Positions 1 through 13,900 are shown, counted from the first letter of the whole stretch. The stretch: 63,996 nt of DNA, filler included, from Craspedostauros australis (GCA_030167865.1; 8 parts of 8 records of this genome joined end to end with filler, not necessarily neighbours in it); one strand, 5' to 3'. Numbers and translations: made by a program. The notes: generated from the sequence alone by a model not told the origin.

Positions 1-2
1 CG

Positions 3-3000
3 GAGGAGCATGAGTCGCGGTGGAAAAAGGCGAGTGAACGCATCACGTCTGGGCCGTCCGGCTTGCACTTCGGCCTGTGGAAAGCCCAAAGCCTGGAACC
101 GGATCTCCGACAGGTTGACGCATCCATGCGAAGCATTTCGTTTCGAACAGGCTACAACCTCCAACGATGGAGCCAATGCACCGATGTGCAGCTCGCGAAG
201 CAAGAAGGGAACATCAACGTGGAGAAATTCCGGACAATCAGCCTGCTCGAAGCCGACATGAACATGAACAACAAGATGCTGGGAGCAAGGATCATGAAGC
301 ATGCTGAAGCACACGGTCTGATCGCCCCGGAGCAATACGGCAGTCGGAAGCGGCACAGGTCGCAAGAAGTGAGTCTCAACAATCGCCTCTCGAACGACGT
401 CATGCGCATGCACGCCACTTCAGGTATCATTTGTGCCAACGACGCAAAAGGGTGCTACGACAGGATCGCTCATCCAATGTTAGCCGCAAGCATGCAAGCT
501 ATGGGGGTGCCGTGGACTCAGATACAAGCAATGATACGCAATATTGAAGGAATGAAGCACCGGATCCAGACAATGCTCGGGCCCTCCAAGGCCAAATACA
601 AAGGGAGTCGAGCCGCTCCGTTTCAAGGAGTAACGCAAGGTCACGGCGCAGCCCCAGCATGCTGGGTGGTAGTGAGCTCGCCGCTCATCGAAGTGATGCG
701 GCAGCAGAACCACGGGTTTCAACACGCAGGGTGCATGACAGGAGAAAACGTGGAATTCGTATGCTTCACGTTTGTCGACGACACAGATCTGATTCACACC
801 TTCCGCGCAACAGACGAAACGAGATTGATCGGGGAGGCCCAAGCAGTGGCGGAGACCTGGAACGGACTGCTAAAAGCCACAGGGGGCGCCATCGAGCCGG
901 CCAAGAGCCATTGGTACCTCATCTCCTTCGTATGGAAGAACGACAAATGGGAATACCGCAAGACAGAGGAGACACCGGGAACAATCCGACTCACGAAACC
1001 GGACAGTGAGGAGCGCATCGACATAGAGCGGCTGGAGGCAACGGAAGCCAGACGTACTCTGGGGATCGTAGCTAGCCCGGATGGTGATCAGCACCACGCG
1101 GTCAAGGATCTCATAAGGAAAGGCACGGAGTGGGCACGCAATGTAAAAGCAGGCAGACTCAGTCGAAGGGAAACATGGCGGGCACTGAAACACACCATAT
1201 GGAAGACGCTGGAATATCCGCTACCAGTTACCACCATGACGAAAAGACAGTGCGAAGACGTGATGCGCCCGGTGCTCAAGGTGGCTCTGCCGGCGGCAGG
1301 GGTCCAGCGCAACGTGTCACGCGCCATCGTGTTTGGGCCGACGGAACTGCTGGGACTCGGTGTTAAGCACCTGTATTGGCAGCAGCTCACGGCACACATG
1401 GCCACCATCTTCCGCCATTGGCATCGTGACACACTGACTGGGAAGATGCTCAGAGTGTCCTACCAAGCCGCTGCAGCAAGCGCAGGGACCATCAACCTGT
1501 TTCAAGCGACAGGAGACAAATGGTCCAAGATAGTCCCACATTCGTGGTGGGCGAGCGTAGCTGAAGAAGCAGCGACAGCCAAGCTGGAGGTGCGCATGGA
1601 AGAGGCAATCATCCAGCCCAGACGGCAAGGCGATAGCCCCATCATGGATGTGTTCGCGGCGACATGCAATCCGGAAGAGATGCGACAGGTGAACCTGTGC
1701 AGGCGGTCGCTTCAGGCCTTCTGGATGTCAGACATCGTATCTGCTGACGGCAGGAACATCACCACGGATGCAACTGAAGGACGGCCACTGCTGGGATGCA
1801 GCACGGTGAGAGTTCCAAAAGTGGGGAGGATGAAGGCGGCGTACTGGGCGACGTGGAGGGCAAAGCTCAAGTCGATGACGACCAGGGATGGCGGACTACA
1901 AGAACAGTACAGGCTCGGCGGGTGGAGGCGAGACGGCATGGCGACGCCGATAAGGTGGGAGGAAGGCTCGGGAAGGCTGCAGATCAAAGAGAGCACCTGG
2001 ACGGTATGGCGGGAGGTACCAATGCGGTCGCGTCGCCGAATGTTCCGAAGAATATCAGGAGAAGTGGGCGACGGGGCCGGTGTGCCAGCAGACGGGTACC
2101 TGCAGGGCGACGGATTCAGGATGACAACGGCCGGAGAGTGGGTCGCAGCGCCAGCAGAACGAGCCGACGCCGCCATGACGGATGCCTGGACGAAGCTGGA
2201 GGAAACAGAAGCGTGGGCACTACGGCATATCAAATGTGAGACTGACTGGAAGGACATGGCGACGAGCATCAAGGACGGCACGGCGGTGGGAGGCAGTGAT
2301 GGATCTGTTAAGAAGGAGAAAGGCACGGCGGCGTGGGTGATGGCGACCGACGGATCCCTCGAAACAATAGCCTTTGGGACTCTGGAGGCGCCCCGACGAG
2401 AAGGGCCTACATCGTCTCAACGCGCGGAACTTGCGGGGATCTACAGCGCCTTGATCACAGTGAGGGAGATGGAGAAACGGTACAACATGGCAGGTGGATG
2501 TCTTCGATGGAGCTGTGATAACATGCAGGCGCTCAAGGCGTTGGAATGGGAGCACGAGCCGGACCCATCTACGCCAGACTACGACATGATGGTGGCGACC
2601 ATGCGAATGCGGCGACAGCTGCGGACAAGGGTCACCGGGCGCCACGTCAAAGGCCACCAGGATGCGCGGAAACAAATGCACGAATTGGATGTGTGGGAAC
2701 GCATGAACGTGATCACGGACAAGCTGGCTGGGCAACGGTGGGAGCTTCTGGAGGAAGCTGAGGGGTGGCAACACCATCAGCACACGGGGGCAACCGCATG
2801 GAGCGTATGGCGCAGAGGCGTCAAGCGATCACGTATCACATATGACAGTGTGGCTGGCGAAGAGGTCGAAGACGAGATGGCGCACGTGCGGGCGAAGCGA
2901 GGGTTGGCAGCCAGCGGCGAAGGCGTGGCTGACACCCACGCCATGCAACGGGCGGCAAGCGGTCTCTCCGACACCCAGCGAGTGCTGACGATGAAGCTAG

Positions 3001-3728
3001 TGCTCAGAGAGGCGGCGGTCGGGACACGAATGGTACAATGGAAGGAAAGAACGACGGCTGCGTGTCCCAGGTGTGGTGCAACAGAAACGCACGACCATTT
3101 GTGGGTATGCCAGGCAAACGAGTCACTCATGCTATGGAAGGCGCAAAGGAAAAGGCTCCGGAAGACGCTGCAGCGGGCCAACACTCACCCGGCGATCGTG
3201 AAAGTGATGGTGAGCAACGTGAAGCAAGCATCACGAGAGCTAGGACCAGTGGGCCGCATACGGGCGAACAGATTGGAATCGGGGCTGATGGACGATCAAG
3301 AGGCAGTCGGGTGGGACAAGCTCCTGAAAGGGGTGATAGCCCGCTCGTGGACGGAGCTCCAGGCGCGCTACTATGTCGACATCGGACGGCGACGGTCGGC
3401 GGAGAAGTGGGCGGCGCAGATCGTGAGGAAGCTCTGGAGGATCGCGTGGGAGCATTGGCACCAACGCAACCGCGCCATGCACCACGGTGAGGACGGTCCA
3501 GAAGTGGAATTACGGCAGGCAGTGAGAGAGTATGCCGGGCGACTACAGGACGACGAAATGGCCAAGGAAGACGGAGGCGCTGCGTGGGAGCGACTACAGC
3601 TTGACGGAGATCACGCCACCGACATAGGGACCGTAGCCGTTTGGATAGGCCAAGTGCAACGAGTGCGAAGGATACCGGCAAGTCACGCGCCAGCAGAAGT
3701 GCGACGTTGGCTTCGACGCTGGCGATAG
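3..3728 (+). mobile_element. Non-LTR retrotransposon ORF (RT + RNase H + C-terminal zinc knuckle), Ambal-like, 5'-truncated by the window edge
   Basis: The frame is open from position 3. RT motifs are EQYGSR, NDAKGCYDRI, QGVTQGHGAAP, FVDDTDL and TLG. RNase H motifs are SDGSV, SQRAELAGI, CDN and HVKGHQD...N..TD. Zinc knuckle CPRCGATETHDHLWVC. No internal stops over >1200 codons. Confidence 0.9.
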
Positions 3729-5140
3729 CGCACGGATCGTTGCATGGCGTTTCTCCTACAGACACGAACGGGACCATACATGAAGAAATACATGAACGTC
3801 AGATGCGGGGTCGACAGGGAGGAGTCCGAGTGACGACTTGCCGACCGGTTAGCGCATATACATATTGAATCGATACGCCGTGCTGCCTCGTGCCCTACAC
3901 GAGATTAAAGCGGGCGGCATTAAAGCGCCTACGGCGCAGTCTGCGGAGTAAGCAGTCTAATCCATGAGTTATATATATACACACCCAAGACTATCGCAAG
4001 TAATGGTCCCCTGTGTCAAGAGAAAGGAGAGCAGGACGCTCTGGAGCACGGTGCTCCTTGCCAATGGACGCCAAGAACGGCACGGCAACCCCCACACGAG
4101 CGACGACGTCGAGATGATGATGATGATGATCGAATCGAGCGCCCCCGCGAGTCCACCAGCAGAGTGGAGACCGCAGCTGAGGTAAGCGCAAGCACTGCAT
4201 GTACTACTGGAAGCAAGGAGGCGCTCGACACACGCATTGGAAGAACTGTCCATGGTCATGGGACCATGAAGTCGGGGGAGGCACATGGAGACCTTCACGG
4301 CTAGGTTGGAGCACGAGAGCAAGCTGCTCGCAAGAAGAGATTTGGACGCAGCAGGCGACACTCTCGGACGCATCAGACTCAGCAGACTGCGCCATGAAGG
4401 CGAGATAGCTGAAGGAGCTCAATGAGATGATGCTATGATAAAGAATGAATAAGATATTCGCAGGCATGGGCATGGCCCATGGTCGCGAGCACATCGCAAG
4501 TGACACAAGGAGCAGCAATGGAAGCACCGAGATGATCACATGGCGCTGTTGGCCATCGTGTGATACTGGTTCGAGTGCTGGCTGCGAATACTGCTGCGAT
4601 ATGATCGCGGAGGTAAGGATGTAACCTACCAGCCATGAATTGGCGACAACAATAAAAATAGCAACACAGGAAGTGTGTGCTTCGATGAGAAGGGACAGTG
4701 CTGCAACAAGGCGGACGAGAGGTCCGACCGCGCTTCGATCCCACGCTCGAGACGAAAGCCGAGGAACAGGAGGTATCCTCGCATCAGGGAAGACGACGAA
4801 TCGGAACATCCGCGCAGCTATGAGCCTCATCTACGATCGCCACCGTACCCAAAACGGTTATAAGCGCGCACGAGGCAACAGTAGTGAGAGCAAGACGATG
4901 CTGGCTACGGATCGATCGGTTGGGGAAGTAACAGTCCAAACCGCGATGCCCACGACAATGAGATGACGGATCAACGCTTGCCAACGAAAGGCAAAAGCAA
5001 CAATAGCGGTGATGCCAAGAGGCAGAGCAACCGCGATGACAAACAAAGGATGTGATGCAGGAGGCTGAGTCGACCAACGTCGCGATTGACAGGATGGATG
5101 ACATCGCTCTCATCATTGACGAGTTGATGTGTGCGGCCAT

Positions 5141-5331
5141 CAACAAAAACGCGGNCGACATCAAAAATGTGACCAACACGTAATTTGTGGTCACCACCGA
5201 AATCGCGAACAACAAAAACGCGGTCGACATCAAAAATGTGACCATCAGAAACCACGCGATGATGCGCGATGACCAATGCGAAATTCATGGTCATCACCGA
5301 AATCGCGAACAACAAAACAATAATGTGACCA
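5141..5331. repeat. Patchwork of short direct repeats
   Basis: AACAAAAACGCGGTCGACATCAAAAATGTGACCA at ~5142 and ~5211; TGGTCAYCACCGAAATCGCGAACAACAAAA at ~5188 and ~5288. Confidence 0.75.
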
Positions 5332-6433
5332 CGGGAAACTACACGATGGATACTCGTGACAACTGACAATGATGATGTCTCCGACTTTGACAGCGGAACA
5401 CCATTCAACGACTACGAGTGGACCAGGGAGGAGACACCCGAGTACACTTCGGGAGTGCATGGCTACTACGGATCTACGATCGACCACGAAGAGTTGATCA
5501 ACCGAGAACTCTCTCCATCCAAGAATAAAGAGAAAGGTGGCCGCACTCACGACAACGAGGAGGATGCCAAGTACTACGAAGGCGTATCAAGTGAAGTGGG
5601 CGCAGACGAGATTGAAATGGAATTGAATGGAGTGAACGCGGACGAGGAGATTGACCGCGCCATCCAAGTGCCGGTACATAGTCTCACCTCAATTCGGAGC
5701 TTCCTCGACAGGAAGATCGATGAGGCGTCGCGCTGGGACATGAACAGCGCACGATGCCCGTTGCGCTTTAAGCGCGGACCATTGAATGCATGGTACATGG
5801 ACTGCCCAGAGATCATATTCTCCATTCAGATTCCGGACGGGCCAAGAGGAGCAATCCCACGGACCGAAGCGGAAAGGGAGGAGTGCAGAGGACTGCTCAT
5901 GGACGCAGATCCGATCTGCCTCTCGGTTCGATAACCATTGAGCAACATGATGTTTGCCAACGATGTGTACTTTGAATCTTCGACGATCTACTATGATGCG
6001 ATCGATGAATTCGAAAGTTGACCGTGCAGGTGCGTGCACTCACGCGCGTTGCACTAGATGATGCATGAGATTGGTGTGCGAAGCACACTCGATGTGGCTC
6101 GCAACGCATACGCAATCAACGACATGCTGGAAAACAAAAACGCCGCCCCGATCTAACAGATGCTGATTGGATACATGGGTCGCACGCAAGCGGTATGCAC
6201 CGCATGATGAATCTGGCAACGACCAGAATCCTAATCATGAGAGACATGACATGGATGGATCAGTCAAATGGGCGATTTGTGATAATCAGCAATTACACAC
6301 AGGACAGGGCACCAAACACTGCACTTACTTCTCCGCCAGGGTGATCAAGCCGTCAAGGGAAGCCAGAATGTTTGGTGATATTCGTTGTTGCTAAGTTAGT
6401 GTGTCAATTGATGATTGAGTTTGGATTATGAGA

Positions 6434-6533
6434 NNNNNNNNNNNNNNNNNNNNNNNNNNNNNNNNNNNNNNNNNNNNTTAATTAATTAANNNNNNNNNNN
6501 NNNNNNNNNNNNNNNNNNNNNNNNNNNNNNNNN
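6434..6533. other. Artificial contig spacer N44-TTAATTAATTAA-N44
   Basis: 12-mer with stops in all six frames embedded in N runs. The same 12-mer recurs at 10243, 16507, 43732, 47640, 51531 and 62792. Confidence 0.97.
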
Positions 6534-9500
6534 AGCCTGTCGATAGCCATGGCGTGTTTCAGGCTGTTGGGTACCAGGGTGCCGAACTTGTACTTGTTTC
6601 CTGGGCGGTGGTTTGTCAGTTTGGTGGCTAGCATTGATCGCATGTGCTGGTTCCTTGCTCTGTGGAGTTCCACCCATTCGAACCCTTTCTGGTCCTGTAG
6701 GCGGTTCTGCTCGGTGTATTCGATGATGATGTCCGGCTGCTGGGCCCTCAAGTCTCCCATCCTGCACCATGATCGCATTCCGTTCATCCATAGGATCTCT
6801 AGGATTGCTTCGGTGGTTCCGTCCTCTCGTGTCTCGTGGTGGTGACGAGTGATTCNCTTTGCCTTCCAGTTGAGGTTCCTTCCATCGAGGATGAAGTTGT
6901 CTCTTTCGGTGTACTGGTCACATTGGGCCAGGTATGCGAGTTGGTTGGCTTCTGTTGCCGTGAGATTGCAGGCAAAAGAGATGGATGTCGTGTCCCATGG
7001 GATGTTCGTGTTGCACCCTGGTGGGTTTTGTCTCGGGTTCCCTGGATGGTTTGTTAGGGTGGGTACCCTTTGCGGTGGCGCAGTGTTCACGCCTGTCGTG
7101 ATTGGATCCGCTGCGATGGTCTGGATTATGGATCTGATCGTTCCATGGACGATGTTCTTCCATGGGATGCCTTTCCTGGTACCTGTTGNNNNNNNNNNNN
7201 GTTTGTTTTGCTTGGTCCTCTTATTCCCTCCCCTTTCTTCGGGGCCGTCATCCATGCGTTGGTATGATGGTGGTCCCGACGAACACGGAAGATACGAAGA
7301 CCCTGGGTCAGAGTCTCCCCTGTCTGGCGCATCGGGGCTCGTTCGCGGATTGTCCTTCTCGGTGGCATGCGTCGTGTGTGCCTTCGCTGTCCGTTTGGTT
7401 AGCGTTTGGGATCGGGTGACGGGTCCTGTGTTCCGTGCCTCCCCTGAATCAGGGATCCCGGTGGATCGCGTCAGCTTGTCGGTCTTGTGCTCCCATGCCC
7501 GCGGGTGTGTCGTCTTGGCAGTCGCTGCATACCCTCTCTTAGGTGGGATCTTGGTCTTCCATCCTTGTGGGGTACCGGACAGTTCCAGCGGGGTCCGTGT
7601 GCTGGGGTTATCCGCCTCGGGGTCCATGTCTTGGTCGAAGGTGACACGCCTGTTGTTGTTTATACCCTTCCTGAAGGGGCGGACCACGCTTCGTACCAGC
7701 ACGCGTCGAGATTCGTCATCCAGCACGTGGTATGTGAGGAAGTCCCCATGGGACTCTGCCACGCCGAGCCAGTATCCTGACTTCTCCTTCGAGTTCGGGA
7801 AGGTAGCGTTTGGGTCATGGTACAAGACCTTCTCGTAGAATTGGAAAGTCAAGAGCGCAGAGATGTCGACGGTTTCTCCGTGTCGTACGGTGTATGGGAT
7901 TGCGTANNNNNNNNNNNNNNNNNNNNNNNNNNNNNNNNNNNNNNNNNNNNNNNNNNNNNNNNNNNNNNNNNNNNNNNNNNNNNNNNNNNNNNNNNNNNNN
8001 NNNNNNNNNNNNNNNNNNNNNNNNNNNNNNNNNNNNNNNNNNNNNNNNNNNNNNNNNNNNNNNNNNNNNNNNNNNNNNNNCCTTGATTTGATGTGGAGGT
8101 CCCTAAGAAGCTTGAGGACCTTCTCTCCGGTCTGTTCCTTCGCGTTGTCGCTGTGGAAGGCCCACGGTGCGCCCTCTGTCCTGATGAAATCCTGGAAGGC
8201 GACGAAAACTCCTTCTTTCTTCTTCAGGCCATATGCGTTGATCATGTGGGAGGATGTTCCGTAGAAGATTTGCGCCATGGAGTATCCGTCTCCAAAAGAC
8301 TTGACGTTGGAGAATATGGTGTCCGTTGCCACGATCTCCCGGATTCGTTGTCGTCGCATCCACTCGAATCTGGACTTCTTGTGCCTTCGCATGGGGTAGG
8401 TGATCACTGCCCGCATGAGTTGTGTGGTTCTGGCGAGGGTCTGCTTGATCACGTGCGTGGGCAGGTACCCAAGGTACGGTCGGATCTTGTGAAGATCGAT
8501 GGACTTCCATTTGGCTCGGAAAGGGAACCCCTGGTGGCTGTACTCGGTCATAGCTTCCGCAGGGTGTCGGTCTATGGTGTCCATGGGATTATCCCTTCCC
8601 GGATCATCAATCCCAGCGGGGTTCTCGCCCTTGGTGTGCCTGTGGTATTCAGGTGCGTCTCGTGGGTCTCCTCGGAGGGCGTCAACACGTGTTGCCTTGG
8701 TCACGCCGATTTCGTTGGGGATGCGAAATGTCTCCCGGTTTCTCTGGAACGCCGGTTCAGATCCTACCGAGTGTAAGGATGAGATGACGCTGTCTGCCTC
8801 GTCATCCGGATCTGACACCTTGGTCGATGGAACGTTGGTTGACTCGGTGTATCCCTTTTGGTCCGTTCCTATCGCGTTGGCTTCGCGATCGATGCCCAGC
8901 TCCCTGTATAGGTGGTCGATGTCTTCCGCGGAGAGATTGTCCACCATGTCGAAAAGGGTGCCTTGGATCGAGATGGCCGTGTCGGTAGCCGATTTCGCGA
9001 ACGTTACCGTGTCAATTGCATGTGACATTCCGATGAGCTCCTCGAGACTCAGAGTATCAAGGAATGCGTCCACCTTGGGGTACTCCTCGTGTACACGGTT
9101 GGGCTCTCCTGCGGCGTGCTCATCTGGATGGTGGGCGTTGGGTTCCATGGGTTCTCGTCCTTCCATGGGAATATCCGGGGTACCGTCCTTGGTCTGTCGA
9201 GTCCCGGGTTCCATAGAATCCTTCGATGCGTTGTGGGCGCTTGAATCCATTGCTCCAGCGTCATGCGGTGCATCAGGTTGGTCATTCCAGTTGACTACCT
9301 TGTCTCCTCCNATTGGGTCCCTGGTAAGGTAGCAACCCATGGGCACGTTGCATACGTGTCCTCCTTGGTGATCCGAAGGGTTCCATCCTTGCTTTGGGGT
9401 GATGTCATAGGTGGGCAGATCCTCATCGTCCTCCATGATGGGGAAGACGTCGAATGTCATCAGCGCGTCTCGCATCTCCAGGTTGATCGTCGTGTCTTCG

Positions 9501-10198
9501 TCGGGCATTAGGCATTGTCGGCCTGTGCCTGGTGTCGCGAACGATGCCCGGTGTTCCGACGAAACCGTATCGAGGACGGCTCCGCTGGCCCGAATTTGGT
9601 GGTCGGATAGCAGCGTCACCCGACTGTCGGCGTTCAGAGCGGCTTCGTAGATCCGGAGGATCACTTCGTTGCCTTCTCTGGTCCTGGCCTTGATACTCGC
9701 GTCTACCACCGCGAGGTTGTTCTTCCTCATCGTGCTGGCCACGGCACCGACGATGTTGTACGTCCGATGCGGGTAGATGTAGTCNNNNNNNNNNNNNNNN
9801 NNNNNNNNNNNNNNNNNNNNNNNNNNNNNNNNNNNNNNNNNNNNNNNNNNNNNNNNNNNNNNNNNNNNNNNNNNNNNNNNNNNNNNNNNNNNNNNNNNNN
9901 NNNNNNNNNNNNNNNNNNNNNNNNNNNNNNNNNNNNNNNNNNNNNNNNNNNNNNNNNNNNNNNNNNNNNNNNNNNNNNNNNNNNNGCCGTTCTCCTCGTG
10001 TCCTCCATAATCCACCAGGAACTTGGCAAGCTCCGAAGCGTCAATCGAGGATAGGTCCGATCCATCCTCGTCCTGGGAATCGGATCCCTCGGTGGATCCT
10101 GTGGTGTACCTGGCCAGGTTCGCGTGGGTGACACCTCCATACTGTTTGTGTGGCTTGGTTTCCTCCCCTTTGTCTGGGGGCTTCACGCTGGCAGGTGG
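6534..10198 (-). mobile_element. Ty1/copia (diatom CoDi-like) pol fragment: protease-adjacent region, integrase, chromodomain-like segment, start of RT
   Basis: Integrase motifs VATDTIFS, AQIFYG, FQDFIRTEGAP..FHSDNAKEQ and GYWLGVAESHGDFLTY. Chromo-like ILEILWMNGMRSW...IIEY...GFEWV. Pre-RT KYKFGTLVPNSLKHAMAID. Interrupted by N gaps, no LTRs in the contig. Confidence 0.88.
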
Positions 10199-10298
10199 NN
10201 NNNNNNNNNNNNNNNNNNNNNNNNNNNNNNNNNNNNNNNNNNTTAATTAATTAANNNNNNNNNNNNNNNNNNNNNNNNNNNNNNNNNNNNNNNNNNNN
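10199..10298. other. Artificial contig spacer
   Basis: N-run/TTAATTAATTAA/N-run. Confidence 0.97.
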
Positions 10299-10554
10299 GT
10301 TCCGAAAATTATTTTGTACCAGGGCCCAGTAGAATTGTACGTGTAGCCCCTGTGTAGCCCCTGCGTTTTCCACCGTTTTTTTCGCGGTCGGTTTGGGGAA
10401 AACCTCCAAAATGGGGTCAACACAAGCAATAAAATGGAATCCAAGCGATCAACACACAGCAAGTTTGACAACATCATCAGATAGATCTCACTCTTGGCTT
10501 TCAATTGATACCATTATATCCACGGAGAATTTTCGCCGCGATAATGGAAACAAT

Positions 10555-10609
10555 TTGCGTCAGGATGCAAGTTTTGGCCCTTTTCTGGAATTGTTGCATC
10601 CTGACGCAA
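10555..10609. repeat. Left subterminal pair of inverted 16-bp boxes TTGCGTCAGGATGCAA
   Basis: Copy at 10555-10570 and its reverse complement at 10594-10609. Confidence 0.85.
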
Positions 10610-10966
10610 ATTCTGATTTTGTGTGGAGATTTAACACGACAATAAAACAGCCCTGACTTCTTCGACCGCTTGGCGTATTTTCCGATCGCATTTCAGAGCT
10701 CTCGTCCGCCCATACGACATGCCTCTCCCAATACCTAGACCTTCCTCCTCCCTTCTCCCCTGCAATGGTGTTCTCTTGCGGCATCATTTCATTCCAGTCG
10801 CACCTCATCGACATTGTGCTCATGTGGGTTCCATGCTTGTGCTTGGTGGCAATGTCTACTATGTTATACATGCTCCTTCGCGCAGACTGTTGTATCGTAT
10901 CTCAGCAGCAGGTTCTTTGCATCCTTCCATCTCACCTATCCACCTGTGTGTTAGTGGTGGCTTGCT

Positions 10967-13900
10967 TCATAACTTTGCTCTTTGGCCATGGCCCTCCTCA
11001 CAGTCCTTTGCTTTGCACGCGGCGCGTGTTCGTCCTCGACTTACCCATTCGGGAGAAGGTGTCGGCGATCGACGTCGTTTCTTCCCCTCCTTCCGGTGCG
11101 TCGTAGTTCTTCTTGGACTTCGTCTTGGAGGTGTTGGCATGGCGTTTTCTGTTGGTTGTGGCGGGGCTACTGCTTCTGCCTGTTGTGAATCAGCCCCCTC
11201 CTTCTGCTTCTTCTTCAGATTGTTCTTCTTGTTCCATTGCACATACGTTTCCTCCGTTTTTGGCACCCACGAACGGTCTTTGCTGTGCAGCATCCGGTAG
11301 CATGTGTTGGATGCCACTGCTACTTCTTTGTTGATGACGATGTTCCTCATCGTTGCCGTGTGATGGATGACGCACTCCTTCTCCCATCTTACATGATTGG
11401 CTGTAGGTGCGACACAGGCAAAGAGATGGCAGCGCATGCATAACCAGCGAGTAAAAACTCCACAAACCACACATGGTTGCCTCAGATTGAGGCAATGGAT
11501 CGGTTCATGATTGCCTGACCGCAGCCTATCGTCGAGCGCATCTGCTGCCGCTGATGGGGTCTGTTCCACACTGGCAAGAAGTTTCCGCACGTCCTTGTGC
11601 TTCTTCACCTCTTGGTTGTTCGTGCGCCTTCCATCGGCCACAATGAGTGGATCGGCGGTACTTTTTGGCTTTGCTGGTGCTGCCAACGCCTTTCTCCGCT
11701 GTCTGCTCAATGCCTTGTCCATGGTCTTCCCCGTTTCCTCCATCACGATGTCACCCATCACATCCCTTAGGATCTCCAAGGACTGAGCGACCGATTGGCG
11801 CTTGTTCAGCATCTTCCTGTAGTGGTGAATAGTTGGTGTTCTGTCCAGATCTGTGTTTGTATGAATGTCAGGTGTGCAACAGTAATGCATGAGTTTGTGC
11901 ATGAACAACATCACAACTTCCAGAATTCGCACCACTGCTTTGCATTGGAATGTTGGGAAGGGAGGAAGCATTTCATGCTGTCGGATCATTCGCGTTATAA
12001 CATCCGATCCCCCTTTGAAGGCGTTCCATCGCGATATTACCGCAGGGACGAACGTATGCACTCTTGGAACTGGGATAGGCAGTTGTTGGCATGCCTTCCA
12101 GATCAACAACTGATGGAACACATCATCCTTCGTCAGTGCTGCGATGTGGTGACCACCCGAAGACTGTTTTCCGCCCGATCTCTTCGAAAGTAGATACTTC
12201 TCAAGCATGGCTCCAGACGATGTTGAAATTGGATCGGTATCAATGTTGGTGTACGCGAAATCCAAAGTCAAGCGATACAGGTCGTCAAGAACCATTCCAT
12301 AAGACAACATCAATGAAGCTGAGAACCTTGTGGACATGGATCTTAGAATGTTTCCAGTTGAATCACCTACCAACAGAACGAGTGCACAAATGGTGGTGAC
12401 AGCAGCAATGAAGGAACAGAAACGTTAGTGATCACATCATGTTGGGCCTGTCGTTTTGCAATGCGTGCTGTCAGCGACACATACGTGCCAGCCTCAGGAA
12501 ACAACTTACCAATGACAATCATCGCGCCTGGCACGCCAAAGACAAATGAATGATGCAGCAGTTGCACCATTTCCCACTCCTGCCGAAATTGCGCGCGCCA
12601 CACATTGTCCTGCACGTTTCGGAACACATGAGCATCCTCGTCAATCCTGGTGGTCCTGCTTGCTTCGCGAAGATGTGTCTTCTCCAACTCCTCTGTGTTG
12701 GTTGTCGCTCGAGTCTTCATCTCGACGACGAAGACTTCGTCGGTGTTGTCGTTGTCAGGGTCTCCTACAATCGCCAGAAAATCAACGGATGCTCGAGCGT
12801 AGGGAACAGCTTTCTTTGCGACGAGACCAGCACGGTACCCTGCTTTGATACGATTTCCAGAGCTTCCCACTCCGATACACTCCATGGCCTTCTTCATCAG
12901 TGGGATCTCACATGTATGGCCCAACTTTGCATTCTTTGCGGCCTTCCCCTTCAATCCTTTCATGAACCACGACTGTAGCATTGTCGTGGTAAGCCTATGC
13001 TTCAATGATGCCATCCATGGTGTATCATTATCTTCCTCATCAGCAGATGACATCTCCATCTTCCTTGCTATATCATTGAGGGTCAATGCCACCATTCTAT
13101 CAAGCAGAGTGGTCCTTGTATCATGGGACAAGTTGGCCTTTGGTAGTCGTTCCTTCACTTGCTTCTTCAGAGATGCATCAGCGAGAGCAACAAAGCGCCG
13201 CCGGACTTTATCGTGCTGTGCCAGAATTCGATGCAGCATAGCATAGTTGGTTCTTCGACTGCGACGGACTTTGCTCATGTAGAAGCGCTGCATAAGGGCA
13301 GCTAGATTGGAGTCCGACATGATGTTGGTGTTGTTGTCACCAGTTTCGAGCCGAGCTTCCAACTCAGTTGAATCGTGGCTTGGATTCGTCAGCTGTTGGT
13401 ATGTGGTAAATGCCTTCAGCCTTGTCCTTTCGATGCTCAAGTCCTTGGCGTATGTCTGGGCTTTTCCAGCAACATCAAACCCCAAGTAGGTGCCAACGTG
13501 TTCCCAAGCGGCTTTGTTGAATACGGCAGAATTGTCGGAGTTCGACCACTCGCCGCTGTCAAGCACGGCCTTGATCATAGTATACGTGGATGTGCTTGTG
13601 AAAGCAAACCTCCTCTGCATGAACCATAGATGGTCACCCTGCTCGCATGTGAGCCCCTCGACCTGGAGATCCCAAATCTGTGCCACCCAGGCTGCAGCTG
13701 CATTGTCGATGGCTGTTTTGTTGTGCTGGTTTGTTTCGTCGTTGCCAAGCATCCTTGCTTCCCTCACAGCAGGCGATAGGGTAGAATCGGATACGCAGTG
13801 TTGGAAGAAGTGTGGGTACAGCTCGGACTGACGATTGTTCCCATCTTTCCTGTTGACCATGTCAGTGTACATTCGTTGGTCGCGAGGATTCTCCAGATTG

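Noticed and set aside
3990..6433. ORF1 or host gene downstream of the non-LTR element (e.g. ORF 5356-5934)
   Set aside because: Short, fragmented ORFs with no recognisable motif; possibly decayed repeat sequence but unsupported.
6482..10186. An intact 1234-aa protein as listed in the ORF track
   Set aside because: The ORF runs through several N gaps and ends in the spacer. Only the sequenced segments are supportable, as copia pol fragments.
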